Source: a virus
Virus record (IMG/VR): IMGVR_UViG_3300023237_000003
DNA length: 32,633 nucleotides
Direction: 5' to 3' (one strand)
Below the pieces are notes generated by a model, which saw only the letters and a list, made by a program, of their open reading frames with translations, was not told the DNA's origin and did not search any database. The position numbers and the translations under genes are program-made. Below are positions 1 to 7,562 of the stretch, in pieces. Numbering within the stretch: position 1 is the stretch's first letter; each line of letters opens with the position of its first letter.

Positions 1-833
1 CGAACCTAGTAAAGAAAATGGGTATGACAGGCAAGAAGGGTGACATCATCCATATTCCTGCTCCTATCCGTGGCGATGCTCATGTTAAATCATCAGCAAC
101 TGCTGTCACTATTCAGAGCAACACTGAGAGCGAAGTGCAAGTCGCAGTAGACAAGCACTACGAGTACTCACGCATCATCGAAGATATTACTGAGACGCAA
201 GCCCTGGCTTCGCTCCGTAACTTCTACACATCTGATGCGGGTTATGCTCTGTCGCGTCAAGTTGACACAGACCTATTCACACTCGGTAAGTCACTGGGTG
301 ATGGCGATGGCTCTGCGTGGACTAACTCGGCTGCGTTCTATTGCGATGCATCAACTGGCCTGACTGCTTACGCTGACGACACAGTAACTACTACTGACGT
401 TTTCACTGATGCTTGTTTCCGCGCTTTGATCCAGAAGCAGGATGACGCTGATGTCCCTATGGACAATCGTGCGTTTGTTATTCCTCCTTCGCTGCGTAAT
501 GCAATCATGGGCGTTGAGCGTTATGTATCTTCTGACTTCGTTGGTGGCCAGACTGTACAGAACGGTAAGATCGGTAGCCTGTACGGCATTGACGTATACG
601 TTACTTCTAACTGCCCTGTTACAGAAGCAGCCGCTGCCAACTCTGCTGGCGGTCAAATCAAGGCAGCAATGCTCATCCACCAAGACACTATGATCTTGGC
701 TGAGCAGATGTCAGTACGTTCACAGACTCAGTACAAGCAGGAGTTCCTCGGAACACTGTATACTGCTGATACTCTGTACGGTGTTAAGACTTACCGTCCT
801 GACAGCGGTTTCATCATGGCTGTTAACGGCTAA
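1..833 (+). CDS. Major capsid protein (HK97-fold type), 3' part; continuation of 32386..32633 across the circular junction
   Basis: Positions 1-127 equal 32507-32633. The ORF opening at ATG 32386 (MTTSTYPNMGG..FIPEIWSDEIRAAYE..) continues in the same frame (codons from window position 3) to TAA 831-833, giving one ~317-aa protein. It follows the scaffold-like gene directly and is followed by a hairpin. The track ORF 18..833 is only the internal-Met part. Confidence 0.85.
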   Translation, partial: NLVKKMGMTGKKGDIIHIPAPIRGDAHVKSSATAVTIQSNTESEVQVAVDKHYEYSRIIEDITETQALASLRNFYTSDAGYALSRQVDTDLFTLGKSLGDGDGSAWTNSAAFYCDASTGLTAYADDTVTTTDVFTDACFRALIQKQDDADVPMDNRAFVIPPSLRNAIMGVERYVSSDFVGGQTVQNGKIGSLYGIDVYVTSNCPVTEAAAANSAGGQIKAAMLIHQDTMILAEQMSVRSQTQYKQEFLGTLYTADTLYGVKTYRPDSGFIMAVNG

Positions 834-840
834 AGGAGAT

Positions 841-869
841 GGGGGTAGGGAAACCTGCCCCCTTATCTT
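841..869 (+). terminator. Hairpin with weak T-tract after the capsid gene (leaky intrinsic terminator candidate)
   Basis: GGGGGTAGG (841-849), GAAA loop, CCTGCCCCC (854-862): a 9-bp stem with one G-T pair, then TTATCTT. A partial terminator after the coat gene is a common phage arrangement. Confidence 0.5.
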
Positions 870-1154
870 ATGCGTAACAATGACCCCAGAATAACCAAGT
901 TAGGTCTTAGTGGGTATAATCAGCCCAAAAAGACACCTAACCACCCCACCAAGAGCCATGTCGTACTGGCTAAAGTTGGTGACGAAATCAAGACTGTCCG
1001 CTTTGGACAGCAGGGTGTGACGGGCGCAGGGAGTAATCCCAAGACTGCCAAAGACAAAGCGCGAAAGAAATCCTATTACGCTAGGCATAACGCTCAAGAC
1101 TCAAGCCCGTCTAAACTATCAGCTCGATACTGGTCACATAAGACTAAGTGGTAA
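870..1154 (+). CDS. Small basic conserved phage protein, function unknown
   Basis: 94 aa and Lys/Arg/His-rich. I recall the C-terminal pattern ..KKSYYARHNAQ..SARYWSHKTKW from small proteins of marine phages and some large algal viruses. ATG start; no clear SD. Confidence 0.6.
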   Translation: MRNNDPRITKLGLSGYNQPKKTPNHPTKSHVVLAKVGDEIKTVRFGQQGVTGAGSNPKTAKDKARKKSYYARHNAQDSSPSKLSARYWSHKTKW

Positions 1155-1169
1155 CTACAGGAATTTAAC

Positions 1170-3533
1170 ATGGCAACGATAGTAACCAAGAACAGCTCTA
1201 CAGCCTCAGCAGTCCCTACCACAAGTGACTTGGTTCAGGGCGAACTCGCTGTCAACGTAACTGATAAACGTATCTTCACAGAGAATGCCTCTACTGCTAT
1301 TGTAGAGTTGGGTACTAATCCTTCTACAATTACAACAGCCACAGCTACCGTTACAGGCACTCTAACCGCTAACGGTACTTTTGCCTCTAACAACGCCGTT
1401 GTCACAGGCGGCTCAATCAACTCTACACCTATTGGTGCTACTACCCCCTCTACTGTTCGTGGTAGCACAGTAACCGCCACCACGGGCTTTGTAGGCGGTC
1501 TGACGGGCAATGTCACAGGTAACCTCACAGGCAACGTCACTGGCAATGTAGTTGGTAACGTCACAGGCGATCTAACAGGCAATGTTACAGCCTCTAGCGG
1601 TACGTCTACGGTTAATAACCTAGTCGTCAACGGCACTGTAGACTTTACAAACACACGACTGACAGACGTAGCCGAGCCTGTTGCGGGTTCTGACGCTGCC
1701 ACTAAAACCTACGTTGATACTTCTATCGCGGCTGTCATTGACGGCGCACCTGCTGCACTAGACACTCTGAACGAGTTAGCTGCTGCATTAAACGATGATG
1801 CGTCTTTCCACACTACTATCACCAACTCTCTCGCGGGCAAGTTGCCGTTAGCGGGCGGGACTATGACAGGTCAACTGTCACTCGGTACGAACAAGATTGT
1901 CAGTGTAGGCGACCCTACTCTCGCGCAAGACGTAGCGACTAAAGCCTACGTTGATGCGGCAGACGGCACTGGACTCCCACTATCCGGTGGTACGATGTCC
2001 GGCGCTATTGCAATGGGTACTAACAAGATAACCGGAATGGGTGACCCTACATCAGCTCAGGACGCAGCTACGAAAGCGTATACAGATTCGATTCTAGGCA
2101 GTGCTACATCCGCAGCAGACTCAGCCTCAGCAGCAGCCACATCAGCTAGTAACGCATCCACCTCTGAGGGAAATGCATCTAGCTCTGCCTCGGCAGCCTC
2201 TGGTTCAGCTTCAGCAGCTTCTAATTCAGCATCAGCAGCAGCGGCTTCATTTGACGCATTCGATGACATCTACCTTGGCGCTAAGGCTTCTGCGCCTACA
2301 CTAGATAATGACGGCGATGCTCTTGTGGCTGGTGCTTTGTACTTCAACACTGTCTCCGACACTATGTTCGTCTATAGCGGTTCATCTTGGGCTGCTGCTG
2401 GCTCTGCGGTCAACGGAACATCTGAGCGAGTTACCTACATAGCAACCTCTGGACAGACCACCTTCGCAGTAACATACGATGTGGGCTTTATAGACGTATA
2501 CCTAAACGGTGTTAAGCTATTAAACACTACGGACTTTACAGCCACTGATGGCGCTAATGTCGTTCTAGTAACTGGAGCTACCACTGGCGACTCTGTAAAC
2601 CTTGTGGCTTACGGTGCGTTTAACGTAGCCAATACTTACACGCAGACGGCAGCAGACGCTAAGTTCGCTCAGGTATCTAACAACTTATCTGACCTTGCCA
2701 GTTCAGCTACGGCTCTGACTAACCTTGGGCTAACAGCTACGGCGGCAGAGTTAAATTACAGTGACGGTGTTACATCTAACATACAGACTCAGCTAGACGC
2801 TGCTGGTGCAGGCTCTGTCACCTCTGTAGGTGGTACAGGTACAGTCAGTGGACTAACACTTACAGGCACAGTAACAAGCTCTGGAGACTTAACGCTCGGT
2901 GGTACGCTTGCAGATATAAACTTAGCCTCTGGTGTAACAGGCACTCTGCCCGTAGCTAATGGCGGAACAGGAATAACGGCAGCAGGGACTAGCGGAAACG
3001 TATTAACTTCTAATGGGTCTGTATGGGCCAGTACAGCTCCTGCTGGCGGTGGTGCTTGGGAGTTAATATCCACTACTACCGTTTCTGGAAGCCCCCAAAC
3101 AATTAACATAACTTCTGGGATAGACTCATCTTATGATAACTATGTGCTAGTTGTTAACAACCTGACCATGACCGTAGTTGATTCTTGCTATATGCGCTGG
3201 TACAAGACGGGTTCTTTAATCTCAAGCAGCACATATGACTTTACTGAAATAGGTTCAAGCGTAGCGGGGCGAGCAAGCCAAAGCCGTATAAATCTGCCCA
3301 GTCCATCACCGGCGGGTAGTTCTGTAAACGGCTATTTTTATTTGCTTAACGCCAACAGCACAACCGCAAGAGGCGCAGGCTATTTATCTCAATTCCAAAG
3401 ATCAAATGAAATGAGGTTTGCCTCAGGAAGCTCAAACAACAGCGGGGCAGTAACTGGCTTACAGATTCTAACAGAAGTAGCGGCAACCTTTACCACGGGG
3501 ACTGTTAGGCTTTATGGTATTAAAAACTCATAG
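1170..3533 (+). CDS. Tail fiber protein
   Basis: 787 aa. Seven tetrapeptide repeats G-[ND]-[VL]-[TV] (nt 1506-1589). Three fiber-type modules (..AATKTYVD.., ..LPLAGGTMTGQLSLGTNKI..DVATKAYVD.., ..LPLSGGTMSGAIAMGTNKI..DAATKAYTD). Ser/Ala-rich segment DSASAAATSASNASTSEGNASSSASAASGSASAA typical of fiber shafts. Distinct C-terminal domain ending ..GTVRLYGIKNS. Confidence 0.85.
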   Translation: MATIVTKNSSTASAVPTTSDLVQGELAVNVTDKRIFTENASTAIVELGTNPSTITTATATVTGTLTANGTFASNNAVVTGGSINSTPIGATTPSTVRGSTVTATTGFVGGLTGNVTGNLTGNVTGNVVGNVTGDLTGNVTASSGTSTVNNLVVNGTVDFTNTRLTDVAEPVAGSDAATKTYVDTSIAAVIDGAPAALDTLNELAAALNDDASFHTTITNSLAGKLPLAGGTMTGQLSLGTNKIVSVGDPTLAQDVATKAYVDAADGTGLPLSGGTMSGAIAMGTNKITGMGDPTSAQDAATKAYTDSILGSATSAADSASAAATSASNASTSEGNASSSASAASGSASAASNSASAAAASFDAFDDIYLGAKASAPTLDNDGDALVAGALYFNTVSDTMFVYSGSSWAAAGSAVNGTSERVTYIATSGQTTFAVTYDVGFIDVYLNGVKLLNTTDFTATDGANVVLVTGATTGDSVNLVAYGAFNVANTYTQTAADAKFAQVSNNLSDLASSATALTNLGLTATAAELNYSDGVTSNIQTQLDAAGAGSVTSVGGTGTVSGLTLTGTVTSSGDLTLGGTLADINLASGVTGTLPVANGGTGITAAGTSGNVLTSNGSVWASTAPAGGGAWELISTTTVSGSPQTINITSGIDSSYDNYVLVVNNLTMTVVDSCYMRWYKTGSLISSSTYDFTEIGSSVAGRASQSRINLPSPSPAGSSVNGYFYLLNANSTTARGAGYLSQFQRSNEMRFASGSSNNSGAVTGLQILTEVAATFTTGTVRLYGIKNS

Positions 3534-3543
3534 GACAACGAAC

Positions 3544-3822
3544 ATGGCGCGTTACAAATCAACTCCAGAAGGTACATTTCCGTTTACTCCAGAAGAAGAG
3601 TCTGAGTGGGATGCAATAGACGCTGAATATGCAGCAGGCGCAGATGACCGAGAGGCCGTGTCAGTACGCACAGAACGCGACTCACTCCTAGCAGCAACAG
3701 ACTGGACAGCCTCCACAGACGTTACAATGACTGCTGAGATGACAGCCTATCGTCAAGCCCTTCGCGATGTACCTGCCCAAGCAGGATTCCCTAACACAAT
3801 TGATTGGCCGGAGCAGATATGA
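3544..3822 (+). CDS. Tail fiber assembly chaperone-like protein
   Basis: The C-terminal ..LLAATDWTASTDV..MTAYRQALRDVPAQAGFPNTIDWPE matches the DW..YRq.LrD.p...FP..i.WP pattern of phage Tfa-type chaperones. ATG 3544 (AGGA upstream) is preferred to track start 3514, which lies inside the fiber gene. Its stop overlaps the next start (ATGA at 3819-3822). Confidence 0.6.
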   Translation: MARYKSTPEGTFPFTPEEESEWDAIDAEYAAGADDREAVSVRTERDSLLAATDWTASTDVTMTAEMTAYRQALRDVPAQAGFPNTIDWPEQI

Positions 3823-5531
3823 GTAACCCAAGAGACATAGCCGATAGCGCGGCAACGATTAACTACATTGACAATGTTACCTCTGACGTACAGTCTCAGA
3901 TAAATACTCTGGACAATGCGCTAGATAACATCTCTGTTACCAGTGGCACGCTAACCAAGACCTTCACTACTGGCGAGTCATCTACCATAAACCTGACTAG
4001 CTCTGTGCTTGCGCCAGTGGTCAGTGTGACTAAAGAAGTCCCACAGTCAGGCGTGACTAACAACAATTGGGATGTTAATTCGACTACAGAGAATTACACG
4101 CGCATTAATAGTGCTTATGCGACTACGTTGGATTTTACTGGTGGCGCTTCTCCGTTTGTACTCGGCACAGGCTCATTCGCCTCAGCAGACGTAGGCAAGA
4201 CCATCGAAGCCAATGACGGCGTGTTTGTTTTAACAGCCACAGACGGCTCTTTTGTAGAAACCACAGCACCTACATCATACGATCAAGTCGCATCAGGCTC
4301 TTGGGAGATGTACGGCGTTGTCTATAATGCTGCGGATGGGGATTTGCAGTTGAGTGGTGGTTTAATTAGCACAATTAATACACTAGATGCTTTGGGCGAT
4401 TCAAGCGCAATAGCTTTATATCAGCTAGATGGAAACGCAAACGACACTGGCGGCACTTACAACGGCACTTGGACAGGCACTGCGGCCTATACTACTGGTA
4501 AGTTTTCACAAGCCGCTGATTTTAACGGATCAAGCCATATAGACACAGGCGTTACTTATAATCCTTCTAACACCGTTCGTACTATGTCTTTTTGGGTAAA
4601 CACATCAACAAGCCAACTTAGTCATATCTCATTGTTAGAATCAGGTACTGCTTCAGGATTGTATTTTAATGGGTTTGTTTTAAGCTATTGGATAAATAAC
4701 GGAATGGGTTTTAGCACTGGGTTTACTCTTACTTCCGGTACTTGGCATCATGTTGTATGGGTAATTGGAAACGGAACACTAAAAATATATGCTGACAATA
4801 CTCTTTTAATTAACCAGTCAGTTAGTGTAAATAATTCTACGCATGAAATAGTCATTAACTCAGGAATTACACCTGCAACTTGTGCAATAGACCAATATAG
4901 AGTTTTTAATAAAGAGTTATCTTCTGCAGAAGTATCGGCGCTTTACGTTGAAGGAGCATTATTAACCCCAACAGGCTACCAACCAGTACACACCACAGCC
5001 TCAATAGACACTCAATACTGGACTGACATCAACTCAATGACAGCAGACCAAGCCGCAGGTGACGGCAATGTCTACTACGCTATCTCTACAGACGACCGTA
5101 CAACGTGGACTGTTATAGATAACACAGATGGCGAGAGAGACATTGTTCGTAACAACGCAGGGACTTGGGAATATAACTCTAACGCCACATACGGCTCAGA
5201 GACTTGGACTGCTGGTACTACTAATACAGAGCTAGCTACGATTGCTGAGGCTATGGATACAGCTCAAAACAAAATGGACAAGACTCAGCTAGACGCTGTT
5301 ACAGACCCGAACCACATAGCGCTTGGCGACGATCTTGATCTATCCATTATCTTCAACATGACCAGTGGAGGTACAGCACCTTCATCGGACGGTGTAGCGA
5401 TTAACTACGATGCTAACGTGTTGAACAAAGGCGCTGTTTTAGGCACTGATTATGACTTTGATGCTCCTGCGGGTGACAAAGTTAGGATTACAGCGGTCGG
5501 TGCGGGTAACTATAAGGTTCGGGTGGTTTAA
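3819..5531 (+). CDS. Second tail fiber / receptor-binding protein with an internal LamG (concanavalin-like lectin) domain
   Basis: LamG_3-like signature LYQLDGNANDTGGTYNGTWTGTAAYTTGKFSQAADFNGSSHIDTG..TMSFWVN..GTWHHVVWV..LKIYADN..IDQYRVFNKELSSAEVSALY at about nt 4380-4960. The track start at 3804 is TTG; ATG 3819 is coupled to the upstream stop. Confidence 0.7.
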   Translation: MSNPRDIADSAATINYIDNVTSDVQSQINTLDNALDNISVTSGTLTKTFTTGESSTINLTSSVLAPVVSVTKEVPQSGVTNNNWDVNSTTENYTRINSAYATTLDFTGGASPFVLGTGSFASADVGKTIEANDGVFVLTATDGSFVETTAPTSYDQVASGSWEMYGVVYNAADGDLQLSGGLISTINTLDALGDSSAIALYQLDGNANDTGGTYNGTWTGTAAYTTGKFSQAADFNGSSHIDTGVTYNPSNTVRTMSFWVNTSTSQLSHISLLESGTASGLYFNGFVLSYWINNGMGFSTGFTLTSGTWHHVVWVIGNGTLKIYADNTLLINQSVSVNNSTHEIVINSGITPATCAIDQYRVFNKELSSAEVSALYVEGALLTPTGYQPVHTTASIDTQYWTDINSMTADQAAGDGNVYYAISTDDRTTWTVIDNTDGERDIVRNNAGTWEYNSNATYGSETWTAGTTNTELATIAEAMDTAQNKMDKTQLDAVTDPNHIALGDDLDLSIIFNMTSGGTAPSSDGVAINYDANVLNKGAVLGTDYDFDAPAGDKVRITAVGAGNYKVRVV

Positions 5532-5597
5532 CCAAACCTTATGTCGATAAAACGCAGAAAAGTGTACACATTGATTTAATATGCCGCAGGAAAATGT

Positions 5598-6785
5598 ATG
5601 AGCTTAGTAGATTACGCCAAGACTGACCGTCAGCGCGAAGCGATTCAAGTCTGGGAAGACTGCGGTCGCAACGCAGCACAAGCAGCGGGAAAACTAGGTA
5701 TCCATCCCTCTACTATGCGCGACTATGTGTCTATGACTAAGAACGCTGCGGCTGCGGCGGGGTACTCAGATAACTGGGACGCTACTCGTCATGTGCCAGA
5801 AGGCGAGATGGTTATTGGTCGGTCTATCTACACCTCAGACGATGAGGGTAATAAGGCGTGGCTAAAGACTAAACGTACGCTAACCGAGGCAGCAAGAGAT
5901 AAAGCTCTACAGGGTTTTGTTGGCGGTCTGACAAAGGGTCTACCAAAGTACAAGCCTAAAGCTAAGCCTAAGACAAAGAAGCTTGCTGACGACTTATTGC
6001 CTACGATTGTAATAGGTGACGCACACTTCGGTATGAGGGCTGACGCGAGGGAAACTAAGTCTAGGGATTACGACACCAAGATAGCCTCTAGCGATATGCT
6101 AGATGCGATTTCGTACTTAGTAGAATCTTCTCCTGCGTCAAGTCAGGCATTGCTTGTAAATGTCGGCGATTTTATACACGCTAATGGATCAGGCGGTACA
6201 ACCTTCGCGGGGACTAAGCTAGACGTAGACACTCGAATAGAGGTAGTACTAGAGATAGCCGCTCAGACGTTTATGTTTGCTATTGATAAGATGTTAGCCA
6301 AGCATCAGAACGTAACTGTCATTATGGCTCGTGGTAACCACGATTCAGACACAGCCATTGCCCTCGCGTTGATCTTAAAGTTCTATTACTCAAAAGAGAA
6401 AAGGGTAAAGATACTAGACCCTCACGGCTTCTTCCATACTTTACAGTTTGGCAAGAACCTTATAGCAGTACACCACGGAGATAAGGTTAAAGCAGCAAAG
6501 CTAGGGGCTATCCTGCCTAAGATGCTACCTACTCAGTGGTCATCTACTAATTACCGCAAGTGGATAGTAGGTCATGTCCACCATCAGAACGTCTTAGAGA
6601 CTGATAACGGTGTGTTTGTAGAAACCTTTGGAACATTAGCACCACCCGATTCTTGGCATGCAGGGGCGGGGTACGGTGCGGCAAGCGTGATGAATCAGAT
6701 TGTATTTCACAAAGACGGTGGCGAAGCTATCCGTCACGTTTATCAAATCAGAGACTCTCGTAAAGTCCCTGACCTGACATTATAG
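5598..6785 (+). CDS. Helix-turn-helix / metallophosphoesterase fusion protein
   Basis: The N-terminus TDRQREAIQVWEDCGRNAAQAAGKLGIHPSTMRDYV resembles a LuxR/sigma-region-4-type HTH. All five calcineurin-like phosphoesterase motifs are present in order: IGDAHFG, VGDFIHAN, RGNHD, VHHGD, GHVHH. Confidence 0.75.
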   Translation: MSLVDYAKTDRQREAIQVWEDCGRNAAQAAGKLGIHPSTMRDYVSMTKNAAAAAGYSDNWDATRHVPEGEMVIGRSIYTSDDEGNKAWLKTKRTLTEAARDKALQGFVGGLTKGLPKYKPKAKPKTKKLADDLLPTIVIGDAHFGMRADARETKSRDYDTKIASSDMLDAISYLVESSPASSQALLVNVGDFIHANGSGGTTFAGTKLDVDTRIEVVLEIAAQTFMFAIDKMLAKHQNVTVIMARGNHDSDTAIALALILKFYYSKEKRVKILDPHGFFHTLQFGKNLIAVHHGDKVKAAKLGAILPKMLPTQWSSTNYRKWIVGHVHHQNVLETDNGVFVETFGTLAPPDSWHAGAGYGAASVMNQIVFHKDGGEAIRHVYQIRDSRKVPDLTL

Positions 6786-6792
6786 GTGTAGT

Positions 6793-7014
6793 ATGGATTA
6801 TCAAGTCATGTTCAACGTAACAATAGCAGTAGCGGGATTCGTTGTTGGTTGGTTAGTTAATCGAGTCTTTGCATTATTGGATAGGATTGATGCTGACATG
6901 AAAGCCATACCTATTATGTATGTAGCTAAAGAAGATTACCGCGATGACATACGAGAAATCAAAGAGATGCTCGGGGCTATCTTTAAACGACTTGACACCA
7001 AAGCTGACAAATAA
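6793..7014 (+). CDS. Small membrane protein (N-terminal TM helix, charged helical tail), lysis-cassette neighbour
   Basis: 73 aa. Hydrophobic segment NVTIAVAGFVVGWLVNRVFALL followed by a charged tail. It lies directly upstream of the holin-like gene. Confidence 0.5.
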   Translation: MDYQVMFNVTIAVAGFVVGWLVNRVFALLDRIDADMKAIPIMYVAKEDYRDDIREIKEMLGAIFKRLDTKADK

Positions 7015-7023
7015 GGAACGACT

Positions 7024-7146
7024 ATGAAATACGTTAAAACAATAGGCAAATTTGCCAAAGCTAAATTTATGAGTTCAACGGATGAGCAAGCTACTATTGC
7101 CATATTGTTGGCTGTGTTTTTACTTGTCGTGCTTGCGGTGGCTTAA
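7024..7146 (+). CDS. 40-aa membrane peptide missing from the ORF track
   Basis: ATG 7024 with AAGGAA 7 nt upstream. Translation MKYVKTIGKFAKAKFMSSTDEQATIAILLAVFLLVVLAVA has a basic N-terminus and a C-terminal TM helix. TAA 7144-7146 abuts the holin ATG at 7147. Confidence 0.45.
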   Translation: MKYVKTIGKFAKAKFMSSTDEQATIAILLAVFLLVVLAVA

Positions 7147-7554
7147 ATGTTAGCAATGTTAGGATCGCTCATCGGGCCAGTGTCTGACTTATTAGACAAG
7201 GTAATACCCGATAAAGATCTGAAAGAAAAGTTAGCTCATGACATTGCGACAATGGCAGAGCGTTATACGCACGAACAGGTTAAGGCGCAGCTAGAGATCA
7301 ATAAGATCGAAGCCAAGCATAACAGTATGTTTGTTGCCGGATGGAGACCTGCTTGTGGATGGGTCTGTGTATTAGGAATGGCGGGTAACTTTCTAGTCAT
7401 CCCTTTCGCGAACATGACTTTGAATCTGCTTGAGACAGGCGTTGAAATTCCGATGATTGACCTTGCTACAATGCTACCTGTGTTAATGGGCATGCTTGGT
7501 CTCGGTGGACTACGCAGTTTTGAGAAGGTTAAGAAAGTAGAGCGCAGCAACTAG
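7147..7554 (+). CDS. Holin, GTA-type '3TM holin' family
   Basis: The N-terminal LGSLIGPVSDLLDKVIPDKDLKEKLAHDI plus ..FVAGWRPACGWVCVLGMAGNFLVIPF.. and ..LPVLMGMLGLGGLRSFEKVKK match my recollection of the Pfam family 'holin of 3TMs, for gene-transfer release'. Confidence 0.65.
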   Translation: MLAMLGSLIGPVSDLLDKVIPDKDLKEKLAHDIATMAERYTHEQVKAQLEINKIEAKHNSMFVAGWRPACGWVCVLGMAGNFLVIPFANMTLNLLETGVEIPMIDLATMLPVLMGMLGLGGLRSFEKVKKVERSN

Positions 7555-7562
7555 GAATTATT

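Noticed and set aside
351-683. Antisense or alternative-frame track ORFs inside long genes. Examples: 351..683-, 442..693+, 900..1097-, 1235..1702-, 2057..2269-, 2101..2304+, 2789..3109-, 7263..7550-, 8120..8377-, 8402..8830-, 9761..9967-, 11556..11974-, 13114..13383-, 13899..16450-, 18517..18765+, 20581..20916+, 21555..22056+, 22122..23027+, 24668..24880+, 25724..26344+, 27260..27451-, 28276..28885, 29532..29741-.
   Set aside because: Each lies entirely within, and opposite to or out of frame with, a longer ORF that has recognisable motifs or clear operon context. Their translations are low-complexity mirror images (for example the PVT/LPV repeats opposite the fiber repeats). None has an RBS.
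5532-5597. Promoter for the HTH-metallophosphoesterase gene in the 66-bp gap after the fiber genes
   Set aside because: A TAATAT/TTTAAT -10-like element exists (about 5565-5572), but no acceptable -35 lies at 16-19 bp. The GTGTACAC palindrome alone is not evidence.
6793-7146. Calling the 73-aa and 40-aa membrane proteins an i-spanin/o-spanin pair
   Set aside because: There is no lipobox Cys in either protein (the 40-aa peptide has no Cys at all). The 73-aa protein is short for an i-spanin. I kept both as unassigned membrane proteins.
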